A DNA stretch of 62,238 nt, from IMG/VR virus record IMGVR_UViG_3300038300_000076, positions 1 to 62,238 of that record; one strand, given 5' to 3'. Position numbers and translations under genes: made by a program. Of this stretch, positions 1 through 9,595 are shown piece after piece. Positions within the stretch are counted from its first letter, which is position 1, and every line of letters starts with the position of its first letter. The notes under the pieces are model-generated. The model saw only the letters and a list, made by a program, of their open reading frames with translations. It had not been told where the DNA came from and did no database searches. This DNA comes from a virus. Lineage: Duplodnaviria; Caudoviricetes.

Positions 1-1994
1 TTAACCTCTACAATGGAAGCGTATGCTTTGGCCCACTTTCCAACGCCTTGACTTACAGCACTAGAGGTGTAACGCGATTCTCCACCTCGACTCCAGCCAT
101 TGGAATTCCAATTAATCCCATCCAAAGCACCATGATCTCTTCTTATATCTGACTTCTCTCCAAACAAATTCCTTATGTCTGGATCTACTATATCATCCAG
201 CTCAGAAGAATTTAACATTCTTAACTCAATTCCAAAGTCTGCCCTTACAGTTCTTGCAAGATCAGCCAAGCTTTCAAAGTTATAACTAGGATCGCATCCA
301 TGATCAAATGAAATTATAAATTTTAACTTTCTCCTCAAAAGCTCATACGCACCCAAGTTCTCAAAGTGACCCCCATCAGATAAATACCAACTTCTTTTAG
401 ATGTCCCTTTAAACATAGCAAACAATTCCATTGTCATCAGCTTCTGATTCTTAAATAACTTCTCAACCTTACTTACCCTCCCTCTCTTAACTCCTGAATC
501 CCACCAGTATCCCAACCTAACGCCAAGTATCCCAGAGACTAAACTTGTAAATCTAGTTGTCAACTTCCCCATTCCTGTAGACATTGCTGCAGCCGAAATT
601 GCCATGTATCCTCCGACAGTTATACTCTCAGACTCCACTTTTTCACTTCCCCATACTTTATACGACTTTGCCAGTTCAATAGGAACATGATAGGTATTTT
701 CTTTTCCTGCCTCAGTTAAACAGTGATGTCTTACACCTACAGATTTAGACATATCAGGTATTACTGCTAAATTACATCCTTTCCTATTAAGCTGATATAA
801 ATCGCTTCTGCCGTCGATTGTTTCATTTAACGTCATGTTTATGATATGCACTGGCCCACCGTTGTCATAAGGTCTGTATTGGCTTTCAATGACATCATCA
901 TCTTTAAAGTCAGTTGAATACATTACACCTTTAGCAAGCCTATCTGGAACCGCTGCTCCTAAAAACCCTCTTACTAATCTATTATGAAAAATTCCTTGCA
1001 TGGATATCTTGTTGATTAATTTCTTTCTACTTCCTAAGAATAAATTCAATCCAACAAGTAAAATAAAAAGCATAAACACATATGCCAATGATGATTTATT
1101 TTCAAATGTGAACGAATGATTTTCAAACCCTATTATATCCCAAAAACACATATGAGCAAAAGCGAAAGGAGTGCTCATTATTATAACTACAGCCACCAGC
1201 AAAGATGCATATTTAGTAATAACTTTAATAAAGCCCATTGAACTCGAAGAACTTGAGAAAAAATCTTTCCCTAATGAAAATAAATATATAACGAAAGATC
1301 CAGCAGAAGCCAACCCTCCTATCTCCTCGAATGATAATTTCCTATACATATTGAAGCCAATTGTATCCACTATAAACAAGAGAGCTCCTCCCAGCGCCAC
1401 ACACAATGAACATGTCATAAACTTCGTCATACCTTTCAATGTAGATACTTTTAATATGGAAGCTATAAGCATTCCCAATATTCCTGCGAGCGGAACAATG
1501 AGATATAAACTGTAGTAATATCCACCACTCTCATATACTTGACTCACAAAAGGAATAAATCTGAAAGACATACTTACCATGGATGCAAACAAAAAGTACA
1601 CTAAAAAGAATCCAATCCAGTTTATCACATACTGAGCAACCCCTTTGATAAAATCGCCATCCCCAGAAGGTGCAATGTAATTTCCAGAATTCCTTAGATA
1701 TTTCACCTTTCTGTTATCCATGCTTAGATCTGTATCTTTCTCACTCCAACATCTTCCCCAAAAGGCTCCAAAATAACCTCCTCCTGACACCGTAGACATG
1801 TAATCTATCTCTTCTTCTAGATTATTCTCTTGGAGAGCTTGAAATGCTCCTAACGATTGAGTTGCAGAACGAATTCCACCACCAGACAAAGATACACCAA
1901 CTGGATTTCTTTCTTTGTTACGATTTAATTTTTCATTGCGGCTTCTAATGGCTGCACGTTCTTGCTTTTTTAGCTCTTCTGGATATTCATTCAT
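1..1994 (-). CDS. Patatin/cPLA2-like phospholipase with central transmembrane region (3' end outside window)
   Basis: Not in the ORF track because it has no stop inside the window. ATG at 1994 overlaps the upstream TGA. Translation gives MNEYPEEL...GVSLSGGGIRSA (oxyanion motif), YMSTVSGGGY (nucleophile Ser), several hydrophobic helices at about 1050-1630, and YLSDGGHFENLG (catalytic Asp). Confidence 0.85.
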   Translation of the reverse strand, partial: MNEYPEELKKQERAAIRSRNEKLNRNKERNPVGVSLSGGGIRSATQSLGAFQALQENNLEEEIDYMSTVSGGGYFGAFWGRCWSEKDTDLSMDNRKVKYLRNSGNYIAPSGDGDFIKGVAQYVINWIGFFLVYFLFASMVSMSFRFIPFVSQVYESGGYYYSLYLIVPLAGILGMLIASILKVSTLKGMTKFMTCSLCVALGGALLFIVDTIGFNMYRKLSFEEIGGLASAGSFVIYLFSLGKDFFSSSSSSMGFIKVITKYASLLVAVVIIMSTPFAFAHMCFWDIIGFENHSFTFENKSSLAYVFMLFILLVGLNLFLGSRKKLINKISMQGIFHNRLVRGFLGAAVPDRLAKGVMYSTDFKDDDVIESQYRPYDNGGPVHIINMTLNETIDGRSDLYQLNRKGCNLAVIPDMSKSVGVRHHCLTEAGKENTYHVPIELAKSYKVWGSEKVESESITVGGYMAISAAAMSTGMGKLTTRFTSLVSGILGVRLGYWWDSGVKRGRVSKVEKLFKNQKLMTMELFAMFKGTSKRSWYLSDGGHFENLGAYELLRRKLKFIISFDHGCDPSYNFESLADLARTVRADFGIELRMLNSSELDDIVDPDIRNLFGEKSDIRRDHGALDGINWNSNGWSRGGESRYTSSAVSQGVGKWAKAYASIVEV

Positions 1995-2215
1995 TTAAAA
2001 CTCCTGCCGTTTTCCCGAATCCATTCTAAAGAAGTTTCATAGGAGTATAATTTATCTTCAAACATTGACCATATTACCAAAGAACCCTTAGGCCTGTTGA
2101 GCAGCTCATCAAAGAATCCTTTTTTATTGTCTGACTTAAGCCAACCATTCTCTATGTCAGAATAATCACCCTCATATTCATTCTTAATGTTTATTATTTT
2201 TTTACGCTTTAACAT
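1991..2215 (-). CDS. hypothetical protein (carries KGSLVIW motif)
   Basis: ORF track; coupled to neighbours by an ATGA overlap. Confidence 0.7.
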   Translation of the reverse strand: MLKRKKIINIKNEYEGDYSDIENGWLKSDNKKGFFDELLNRPKGSLVIWSMFEDKLYSYETSLEWIRENGRSFK

Positions 2216-2223
2216 TTTTCCCT

Positions 2224-2634
2224 TTAATCAAAATCATCAGTTACAAAAGAATATCCCTCAGGATCTAAATACGTATTGTACTCAGATCCGATATAATCAT
2301 GCCTGCATTCTACAGCATGACTCTTATTGTTTTTATTCTTCATGCTGTCTTGAACTATCTTCTTCAATTCCCAATATGTAACACGTCTACCATACTCATC
2401 ATTTATTACATTTTCTTTCAACTGTAAAAACTCTTCCCAGTCCTTCCAAGAATTAACTATAATATATTTGGGGTCGCTTACAGCCAAACAGCCATCAGGA
2501 GCATAATAAGATATTTCTGGATGCACGGATTGAAAACAAAACTGCCATCTACCCGTAATCTTTCCAATGTGAGCCTTGTCAAACCTATCACAGCAATTAC
2601 ACTTATTATATATCATATAATAATTCGTTCCCAC
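2224..2634 (-). CDS. hypothetical phage protein
   Basis: ORF track; GGAGG Shine-Dalgarno upstream. Confidence 0.75.
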   Translation of the reverse strand: MGTNYYMIYNKCNCCDRFDKAHIGKITGRWQFCFQSVHPEISYYAPDGCLAVSDPKYIIVNSWKDWEEFLQLKENVINDEYGRRVTYWELKKIVQDSMKNKNNKSHAVECRHDYIGSEYNTYLDPEGYSFVTDDFD

Positions 2635-2720
2635 AGATGCCTCCCACTGTATTTAACAATTCCAAACGATAACAAACACAATAAAGGCAACTAAGTCCAC
2701 CAAAGAGCCTCAATTGCCTA

Positions 2721-3479
2721 TTATACGTATTTCTTTTTGAATTCTTTATAATCTAGAAGGAATGATATGTCAGTTGTTTTGAAGTTTGCACTCATTGATG
2801 TTTTTTTGTTCCCATACTTATGCCACCAAAGCTCATTAAACTCAATTCCATTTATTGAAATATATCTACCAGAATTCAACTGGCCATTTTTAAATAAGTC
2901 CGCAAATTTCAATGGATTTTTTTCATTCCATTCTGTCACCCAATCTGGAACTAACACATTATCTCCAAAATCCTTGTTGAAATCTCCATAGAAATTCTTC
3001 ACCTTTGAAGCAAGATTAATTATAGCATCCTCATATGTTCTTCCTCCAGAATCCAAATTATCATCATGCCATCTTTCCCATCTTCCCGACTGCTCAAAAT
3101 AACGCATCGCTCCAGATTCCAGCCATATCTCCACATGATCTTCCTCCCACTCATAACCAAAATACATCTTATAAGGAACTCTTAAATTTGGCAACTGAAA
3201 CTCAGTCTCCAACTTCAAAAATCCGTCATCATCTAAGTGCTCCAGATGTATCTCTTTATTGTTTTTAGATTCTTCTAAAAACGACGTATACCTTGGATTA
3301 TTTTTACTTATATAAATATCCTTAGGTGACATATTTAAATCATAACTATTGCGGCAACAGTTTCTAATATTCATATCTATATTCATCTCTCTCCACCCAA
3401 AAGCTGGATGATCTTCTATAAAACTATACGCTCCTTGAAAATCATTCATGATTTCCTCAGACATTTTTAATTCTTTCAT
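2721..3479 (-). CDS. hypothetical protein
   Basis: 252-aa ORF in operon. Confidence 0.75.
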   Translation of the reverse strand: MKELKMSEEIMNDFQGAYSFIEDHPAFGWREMNIDMNIRNCCRNSYDLNMSPKDIYISKNNPRYTSFLEESKNNKEIHLEHLDDDGFLKLETEFQLPNLRVPYKMYFGYEWEEDHVEIWLESGAMRYFEQSGRWERWHDDNLDSGGRTYEDAIINLASKVKNFYGDFNKDFGDNVLVPDWVTEWNEKNPLKFADLFKNGQLNSGRYISINGIEFNELWWHKYGNKKTSMSANFKTTDISFLLDYKEFKKKYV

Positions 3480-3670
3480 TTTATCTCTTCCTTATAACAA
3501 ATAAAAAGACTACCATCTTTATTCTCAGCCCAATTTTGAAATGCGTTGAAAATTCTGAGGCACTTAATACTACAGCAATCTTTATTAAATTGAAGCGGAG
3601 CCTCAATATTGCACGTTTTGCATCTAGTTGATACTCTTTTACTCCTGAAAAATATCTTTGGCCAAAGCAC
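3476..3670 (-). CDS. small Cys-rich hypothetical protein (C-terminal DGSLFICYKEE)
   Basis: ORF track; CxxC and CSxxC. Confidence 0.6.
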   Translation of the reverse strand: MLWPKIFFRSKRVSTRCKTCNIEAPLQFNKDCCSIKCLRIFNAFQNWAENKDGSLFICYKEEIK

Positions 3671-3671
3671 T

Positions 3672-3827
3672 TTATCTCATATCATCCATTAAATCTAACA
3701 ATATCATCTTTAATTTCTTTGATGTTTCTTTGTTAGCTGACAAATAACCTTTTTCAAAGTCGCTGCAAGCTTCTACGTTTGAAACATTTTCCATCTCATC
3801 AATTAGTCTTTTCAATCTGTCATACAT
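3672..3827 (-). CDS. small hypothetical protein (51 aa)
   Basis: Manual translation MYDRLKRLIDEM...DDMR; GAGG SD; fills the gap between genes. Confidence 0.6.
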   Translation of the reverse strand: MYDRLKRLIDEMENVSNVEACSDFEKGYLSANKETSKKLKMILLDLMDDMR

Positions 3828-3848
3828 AATTTAACCTCGGTTGATAAT

Positions 3849-3883
3849 AAAAAAGCTGTACTATATTATAGTACAGCTTTTTT
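3849..3883 (-). terminator. intrinsic terminator
   Basis: AGCTGTACTA/TAGTACAGCT stem flanked by A and T runs. Confidence 0.75.
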
Positions 3884-3910
3884 ATCTATTTTTACATAAT
3901 CTCTGTTAAA

Positions 3911-4357
3911 TTAATTAACTTCTCCAAGAATATGTTGTAGTTCTATAAACTCCTCTTCAAACTCTTCTTCCCAAGGCAGTTTTCCTTTAGTATCACACCA
4001 AACCAACTGCAATGCTTTAAAACCATTTTTAAAGTGACAACCAGTTACTGTCATCTTTTCTTTCATTTCTTCTTTGCCAACTTCTATGAAAACCATAGGA
4101 AGTCCGCTTTCAGTGTAGTTGGAATACTTCTTCCCTAATTCTATTTTTTTACCTTCCTTCATCTCAGATCCGATCTTATTGATAAAAAAAGCAGAAACGT
4201 CTGGAGGCAATCCACTCACAATAAGTTCTGGAAAACCATATTGAGTTAATCCTGTAGAATAAGTGAAAGATGGACGATCCGCTACTCCGGTAATGCTCCA
4301 TCCTATTCCTTCCGTCATGTTTTTAACTACATCTTTATGAAAGTCATCCATGCTCAT
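3911..4357 (-). CDS. DUF4262-like protein
   Basis: GW..V...PSFTYSTGL...GFPELIVSGL and ALQLVWCD..GKLPWE motifs. Confidence 0.75.
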   Translation of the reverse strand: MSMDDFHKDVVKNMTEGIGWSITGVADRPSFTYSTGLTQYGFPELIVSGLPPDVSAFFINKIGSEMKEGKKIELGKKYSNYTESGLPMVFIEVGKEEMKEKMTVTGCHFKNGFKALQLVWCDTKGKLPWEEEFEEEFIELQHILGEVN

Positions 4358-4794
4358 TTAACCGTCTCCAATTTATCTTCTGGCAAATTAATAACTACAT
4401 AAGGCATTCCATGGGGCAAAGATTTCCACATTTCTTTAGGAGCACAGTATTCCATAAGATTAAGACCAATTGCTAGAACTAATAAATTTTGACAATCATT
4501 ATGTTCTCCCCATTGATATCCATCTTTTGTCTGACAAAAATTAAGAAAAGACTGCCCTCCTCCTTTTCCTTTCATGAATCCATCTTCAAATTCGGAAAGC
4601 CACTTGATCACTTGATCTTTCTTCTCATTAAGCCTTTTCGAATTTAAGCAAAAAGTTTCTACAATTCCTTCAACTACCACTGGAGCTGCAAAACCTTCTG
4701 AAATACATCTTCCACCAGTATCAACTTCTTCTTTCTTATAAAGAGAATCCTTTAACGCTTCTTCTATTTTTTTTGCTGAAATCATTTTGTTCAT
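4354..4794 (-). CDS. hypothetical phage protein
   Basis: ORF track 4354-4833; start moved downstream of the promoter at 4813-4840. Confidence 0.7.
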   Translation of the reverse strand: MNKMISAKKIEEALKDSLYKKEEVDTGGRCISEGFAAPVVVEGIVETFCLNSKRLNEKKDQVIKWLSEFEDGFMKGKGGGQSFLNFCQTKDGYQWGEHNDCQNLLVLAIGLNLMEYCAPKEMWKSLPHGMPYVVINLPEDKLETVK

Positions 4795-4812
4795 CCTTTG
4801 TTTAGTTGATAT

Positions 4813-4840
4813 AACATAGAGGCCTTTTCCCACTTGTCAA
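4813..4840 (-). promoter_or_regulatory. sigma70-type promoter
   Basis: TTGACA-N16-TATGTT on the minus strand. Confidence 0.55.
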
Positions 4841-4848
4841 CTCATTTT

Positions 4849-5118
4849 TCAAAGAAAACGTTTATTCATCTCTTTTAAAAGCTTTTTGTCAATATCAATA
4901 TCATTTGATGCAACTATAGAGTCTGCTCCACAATGACAAAGAGCTGTAGCCTTTTCATCAGTCCACTCTTTTATTTTTTTTGGATTGAATATTCTAAAAC
5001 AAGAGAAACATCCACATTCGCTGCTTTTCCCTAAAGACTCTCTATTGTTAGTAGATTTTCCATGTAAGAAATCAAGATATTCATTAGAGTAATTCTTTTT
5101 CCTTGGATGCTTTTTCAT
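4849..5118 (-). CDS. Cys-rich hypothetical protein
   Basis: CGCFSC...TALCHCG.DS; probable start MKKHP. Confidence 0.7.
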   Translation of the reverse strand: MKKHPRKKNYSNEYLDFLHGKSTNNRESLGKSSECGCFSCFRIFNPKKIKEWTDEKATALCHCGADSIVASNDIDIDKKLLKEMNKRFL

Positions 5119-5582
5119 TTCCAGTCCTCCGAAAACAAATAACAAAGCCACTTGTCAAAATAAGAATTAAGTTCTATAGATCTTTTATGACTTCCCAAAT
5201 GATGTATTGTGAAATCTTTTCTGTTTTGCATTTTATCAGCTATAAGCATATCTCTGCAGTCCTTACTCATAGGGCCAACTAAATCAAATATATCTTCATT
5301 AGATGAAACATAGTCAGTATCTTTGCAACAAAGGTAATCATTAGCCTTCTTTGAATACTCTACCGCAAGATAATAAGAAGCGTAATCTTTTAAATAATCA
5401 AATCCTAATACATTACATTGAACTATCGGATGAAAGCAAAATGCATCCTTTGCAGTTTGGGAAGCTTGAATCATATCAAGAATTGCCAATCCCTCCGTAA
5501 TATGATTGATTAGCAGAACTTGCGACCTTTCCGCCTTACTGTCTCCATAGAACTCAGATATTACTTCAAATGGTTTTTTCAT
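5115..5582 (-). CDS. hypothetical phage protein
   Basis: ORF track; overlapping stop/start. Confidence 0.7.
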   Translation of the reverse strand: MKKPFEVISEFYGDSKAERSQVLLINHITEGLAILDMIQASQTAKDAFCFHPIVQCNVLGFDYLKDYASYYLAVEYSKKANDYLCCKDTDYVSSNEDIFDLVGPMSKDCRDMLIADKMQNRKDFTIHHLGSHKRSIELNSYFDKWLCYLFSEDWK

Positions 5583-6003
5583 CTTGAGAACCTTTATTTA
5601 ATCCATCTTCAAAACTTTTATTAACTAATTCTTTTTCTTTCTCTTTATCCCCCATAAATTTACTTTTGAAGTATTCAATTTCTTCAATGTATTTTTGAAG
5701 ATCTTCAATGTTGTCTCTATGAAGTATGCGGAATGAGAAAAAACATGGCATTCCGTTTACAGATCTTGGGCCTGCTTGATCATAGTACTCATACATCAAT
5801 CCAATTGTCTTTGGCTCAATTCCTTCAAGACCTCCAAGCGCCAATGGCATGAAAACCATACCAACATCTTGCTGAAATCTTCTAGGATCAATCATCCTGT
5901 CATGGAAAATCTTGCCATCACAAATGCCCATAGCCAATTCTCTAAGATTTTTCTCGTCAAGAATTGGTATGCCTTTTGATTCATCTTCTTCACTTTCACT
6001 CAT
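5566..6003 (-). CDS. hypothetical protein
   Basis: ORF track 5566-6135; probable start MSESEE at 6003. Confidence 0.65.
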   Translation of the reverse strand: MSESEEDESKGIPILDEKNLRELAMGICDGKIFHDRMIDPRRFQQDVGMVFMPLALGGLEGIEPKTIGLMYEYYDQAGPRSVNGMPCFFSFRILHRDNIEDLQKYIEEIEYFKSKFMGDKEKEKELVNKSFEDGLNKGSQDEKTI

Positions 6004-6104
6004 CTTTCTTATTCCAGTTGCACGTTTCATACTTAGGCTCGGTAAATAAACCTTCCTTTCTTTCTTTTTTATGAGTTTTACTTTTAGCCATTTCCAATAT
6101 CCGA

Positions 6105-6320
6105 TTATCTGCAGCCACAGCTGCAATTCCCACATAAATTTCTACCACAAACCATTGGGCCATGTGTTTCGCCACAATTGAAAGTTGCCTTTGTTCCACA
6201 TCTACATTTTAAATTCTTATGCCTTTCGCAATTAATCTTTTTACATTTTCCAACCCAACATTCAAGGAATCCGCAGACTTCACTTGAAATTACTCCATCT
6301 AAAAATTTATCATTGTTCAT
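6105..6320 (-). CDS. Cys-rich (Zn-binding) hypothetical protein
   Basis: Multiple CxxC/CxC; probable start MNNDK. Confidence 0.55.
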   Translation of the reverse strand: MNNDKFLDGVISSEVCGFLECWVGKCKKINCERHKNLKCRCGTKATFNCGETHGPMVCGRNLCGNCSCGCR

Positions 6321-7011
6321 AATCAGTCCACTCCTTTGTTGAAAATGTATAGACTTCACTCGGCTGAAATCTATCCTTATAACTTAAACTTTGACAGCCT
6401 TCAATGTAAAACCCCATATAAAGATGTTTGAAATTAAGATCTTTACAATGCTGTATTCCATTTAGTATTGCGAATGTTCCAAGAGAGTATTCTAAATAAT
6501 CTGGATCGTAATACGTATACATCGAATAACATGTCGTTTTTGTTACTACAAGATAATTTACACACACTAACTTATTATTCAAGTAGAAATGTATTTGTTT
6601 TAAGCATTTAGGCCCATTTACAAAATTAATTAGGAAGTGATGCCTGTCAGGATACTTTTCATCCCAATTTCTTGTTTCACTTCTCCATGATGAATGCTTA
6701 AAGTATAAATCAAAACATTCATCATAGTACTTAATATCCTTTACAACAACTTTAACTTCTTTACACTTCTTTAAAACTCTTTTAAAACTTTTTGATAACT
6801 TGAATTCATTTACTTTAAGCCTGTAAGGTTTGCAGGCAGTGCAAGATTGACAATTCGGTCTCATATTTACACTTGAGAACAGAGCCCATCCCTTCTTTAA
6901 ATCATTGTCTATTTCCGAAGGAGCAAACTGCCTTTCATTACACTCCTTCAGTTTTATACGCCAATTTTTATTCCTCAGATATTGACAATTCCCATACTCA
7001 TATCTTACCAT
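6310..7011 (-). CDS. bpt: Aminoacyl-tRNA-protein transferase, ATE1/Bpt family (Asp/Glu-specific leucyltransferase-like)
   Basis: CQYL, RPxCxxCxAC, SKSFKRVLK, YTYYDPD...SLGTFAIL, LYMGFYIEGC..LSYK.RFQP.E match ATE_N/ATE_C; the usual GFRRSG is diverged to GWALFS. Confidence 0.85.
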   Translation of the reverse strand: MVRYEYGNCQYLRNKNWRIKLKECNERQFAPSEIDNDLKKGWALFSSVNMRPNCQSCTACKPYRLKVNEFKLSKSFKRVLKKCKEVKVVVKDIKYYDECFDLYFKHSSWRSETRNWDEKYPDRHHFLINFVNGPKCLKQIHFYLNNKLVCVNYLVVTKTTCYSMYTYYDPDYLEYSLGTFAILNGIQHCKDLNFKHLYMGFYIEGCQSLSYKDRFQPSEVYTFSTKEWTDYEQ

Positions 7012-7013
7012 TT

Positions 7014-7385
7014 TTACTCCTGCACTATTTTTCTACATCTCTTTAGCTTCTCTTCACTGTATTCAAACTCTCTTCTGCCAAACTCCAATGTTTCTTCAAG
7101 AGTCAGAAGCCTATAATAACGCCCTTCATCCCTCTTATTAAACTTATCCATAAACTCATCCTCAGAAAGAGATCTGCTGTGAGCATAGAAATGCCCTTGA
7201 AAGAAATATTTATTTGCCTCTTGAGTAGAAGTAATCGACACTCTTGATATCCTCTTCTCCAATAAGAATTCGAATTTATCCCAGTTTATTTGATGTGAAT
7301 TTTCCAGACTGTCATTTATTTGAATTATCAACCTTCCAAGAAGATCTCTAACATCTCCCTTTTCAAGAGTTATTTTAGTCTTCAT
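7014..7385 (-). CDS. hypothetical protein
   Basis: ORF track 7014-7409; probable start MKTKI. Confidence 0.65.
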   Translation of the reverse strand: MKTKITLEKGDVRDLLGRLIIQINDSLENSHQINWDKFEFLLEKRISRVSITSTQEANKYFFQGHFYAHSRSLSEDEFMDKFNKRDEGRYYRLLTLEETLEFGRREFEYSEEKLKRCRKIVQE

Positions 7386-7731
7386 CAACTTCTCCCACTT
7401 CTTTTGCAACTTCTAAAAGCCACTTCATATATTCTTTATCATTAAATATGGGCTTTATCAAGCTCATTCCTCTTAATCCATAACTGGGCTCTTTGTCTTC
7501 TTTCATATTCTTGATTACTTTCTTTTCATAAATTGCTTTTACTTTTTCAAGAAGAGCTTTGTCTGTTCCGCAGCACACATCAAATGTACACCAATCATCT
7601 AATAAATATCCACCACGCATTCTTTTGCCGAACATAACATCATATGTTCCAATAAAATACTTATCGTTTATAATCTCGCAATCATATAAAAAATTTGTCT
7701 TAAAAAAATGTTCTATGTCTTTATTAAACAC
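7375..7731 (-). CDS. hypothetical protein
   Basis: ORF track. Confidence 0.7.
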   Translation of the reverse strand: MFNKDIEHFFKTNFLYDCEIINDKYFIGTYDVMFGKRMRGGYLLDDWCTFDVCCGTDKALLEKVKAIYEKKVIKNMKEDKEPSYGLRGMSLIKPIFNDKEYMKWLLEVAKEVGEVDED

Positions 7732-8140
7732 CTTTTCTCAGCCTTGCAATATGAAGTACACATTGAGATGTTACATCGTTGCCTTGAATAATTGTTGACA
7801 TGTTGTCCAATATCTTTCTCTCATAGAATTCAATATCCTTATTACTTTCAAAAACGTTTAATTTTTTGCAAACTTTTGAAATAACTTTATGGTAACTTGG
7901 GCCTCTCAATCCTCTCATTATATTCATAATCAAGTTTCCACCGAAGCAGAGAACTTCATCAATTATTTCATCCACATACTTACTATGATCTGGGAAGTTC
8001 TCCTCAAACGAAGAGCTGACTGTGAGAGTTTCTGTATTTCTAATGGTGTCATTCTCATCGTAAATTATTGTCCCGACAAGTCCATTCAACTTATGGGATG
8101 GAATCTCTAAAAGGAATTCTAAATCTTTATCAATATTCAT
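7724..8140 (-). CDS. YaaW/DUF3944-like protein (short form)
   Basis: D.DLEFL...R.TE.LT...PDHSKY..EI..E...FGGN..N..RG..G.SY.....VC.KL.V pattern. Confidence 0.7.
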   Translation of the reverse strand: MNIDKDLEFLLEIPSHKLNGLVGTIIYDENDTIRNTETLTVSSSFEENFPDHSKYVDEIIDEVLCFGGNLIMNIMRGLRGPSYHKVISKVCKKLNVFESNKDIEFYERKILDNMSTIIQGNDVTSQCVLHIARLRKGV

Positions 8141-8175
8141 ATTTATATGCTTCTTATTTTAAATTATATAACTAT

Positions 8176-8203
8176 AACATAAAGCCTAATAATGATTTGT
8201 CAC
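8176..8203 (-). promoter_or_regulatory. sigma70-type promoter
   Basis: GTGACA-N16-TATGTT. Confidence 0.5.
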
Positions 8204-8229
8204 TGTGGAATGGGATATTTTTAGGAGTA

Positions 8230-8475
8230 TTAAGAAAATACTCCATGAGAGATTCTTAATGTACCTCTGATATATCTTTCAAATTCTTTGTTTACTACTT
8301 TTTGAGATAACTTCGTGGGTGAATATATACTATCTATGTTTTCTTGAGACCATACAATCAAAGCCCCACAGTCATAAATATCGTTAAATGGGAAATATAC
8401 GTCAAATGAATAAAAAGATTCCTTTTCAGGAATTTCTATAGATTTATACTTAATATCCGTTGAGCTATAGCTCAC
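8230..8475 (-). CDS. hypothetical protein (internal CGALIVWS motif)
   Basis: ORF track. Confidence 0.6.
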   Translation of the reverse strand: MSYSSTDIKYKSIEIPEKESFYSFDVYFPFNDIYDCGALIVWSQENIDSIYSPTKLSQKVVNKEFERYIRGTLRISHGVFS

Positions 8476-8477
8476 CT

Positions 8478-8795
8478 TTACTCTACTATGTCAGTAGTAA
8501 CATACTTTACATCTATCATAGGGAGATTCTTCATTATTCTTTTTATAGTAATTGAAAGTTCTCTAGCCATTTCAACAGTTCCATAGCTAATTTCAAACTC
8601 AATGTTTAACTTTAGAAACATGCTCATGATCTCTTCCTTTATAATAAACCTACTGTCCTTCACCGATATCAACGGCAGGATACTAAAGCTTCTTATCATC
8701 TCTTTCGCTAAATCTTCAACTGCCAATCTATTGAAAGTAGATACAACTATACCTGTTTTGAAATATAGAGTTACTGTCTTAAACATATCATCCAT
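8478..8795 (-). CDS. hypothetical protein
   Basis: ORF track. Confidence 0.6.
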   Translation of the reverse strand: MDDMFKTVTLYFKTGIVVSTFNRLAVEDLAKEMIRSFSILPLISVKDSRFIIKEEIMSMFLKLNIEFEISYGTVEMARELSITIKRIMKNLPMIDVKYVTTDIVE

Positions 8796-8798
8796 TCC

Positions 8799-9083
8799 TC
8801 AGTCTTCCTTTTCTTTATCAAACAATCCAGTTATCATGTGTCCAAGATTATCAGCATTACATATTGGCTTTAACTCTTTCAAGAATGATAAAGACTTGTT
8901 TATTTTTTCCATTTTATCTTTAGTCTTTTCATCTTTTAACAACTCTTTAATTCTTCTCTTCAGATAAGCACTTCCCATAAGAGCTTCGCTTATAACCGCT
9001 CTTCTTGCCCAGTATTCTACCAATGTAGGATTCTTTGACTCTGTATCTGACAAAACTTTTTTATATTGATCTATTGTTTTCAT
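8799..9083 (-). CDS. hypothetical protein
   Basis: ORF track. Confidence 0.65.
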   Translation of the reverse strand: MKTIDQYKKVLSDTESKNPTLVEYWARRAVISEALMGSAYLKRRIKELLKDEKTKDKMEKINKSLSFLKELKPICNADNLGHMITGLFDKEKED

Positions 9084-9415
9084 TAATTCTCTTCTTTAGT
9101 ATAAACCATAATTCCACTATCAACCTTCTTGGAATCTTCTACTTTCACTTCATAGATAACCGTATATCCATACGATCTGTCCTCATGAGTGTCTTTTATA
9201 CGATCTTCATCCATGCTTAATTTAAACCAGAGCTTAACACACCCCCAACCTTTTAAAGTTTTTTCATCTGTTATCTCAGTCCAGCAATACTCAGGCATAT
9301 CATTATCCAATTCCATTATCAATAAAGCACGTTCTACACTATTATCAATCTTATAGTAAAACTTTCCCCCAGAATATGGGCCTTCATAATGGCATCCTTC
9401 AATTACTTGGTACAT
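9083..9415 (-). CDS. hypothetical protein (C-terminal SGIMVYTKEE)
   Basis: ORF track. Confidence 0.65.
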   Translation of the reverse strand: MYQVIEGCHYEGPYSGGKFYYKIDNSVERALLIMELDNDMPEYCWTEITDEKTLKGWGCVKLWFKLSMDEDRIKDTHEDRSYGYTVIYEVKVEDSKKVDSGIMVYTKEEN

Positions 9416-9424
9416 GTTAAAATC

Positions 9425-9595
9425 CTACTTGTCATATTTAATGTCAAAATCATTTGGAAGGTCGTCTGGTTTAACAAACAAAGTAGCTCCTTCCACATAA
9501 GGAATTTTACTCCATACAATAAGAACTCCATCTTGGTTCTTACGCATAAAACTAGTATAGGCATCTAGATGTCCAAACTCATTACAATCAGACAT
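9425..9595 (-). CDS. small hypothetical protein, 56 aa (DGVLIVWSK)
   Basis: Manual translation MSDCNEFGHLD...KYDK; AAGGAG SD. Confidence 0.65.
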   Translation of the reverse strand: MSDCNEFGHLDAYTSFMRKNQDGVLIVWSKIPYVEGATLFVKPDDLPNDFDIKYDK

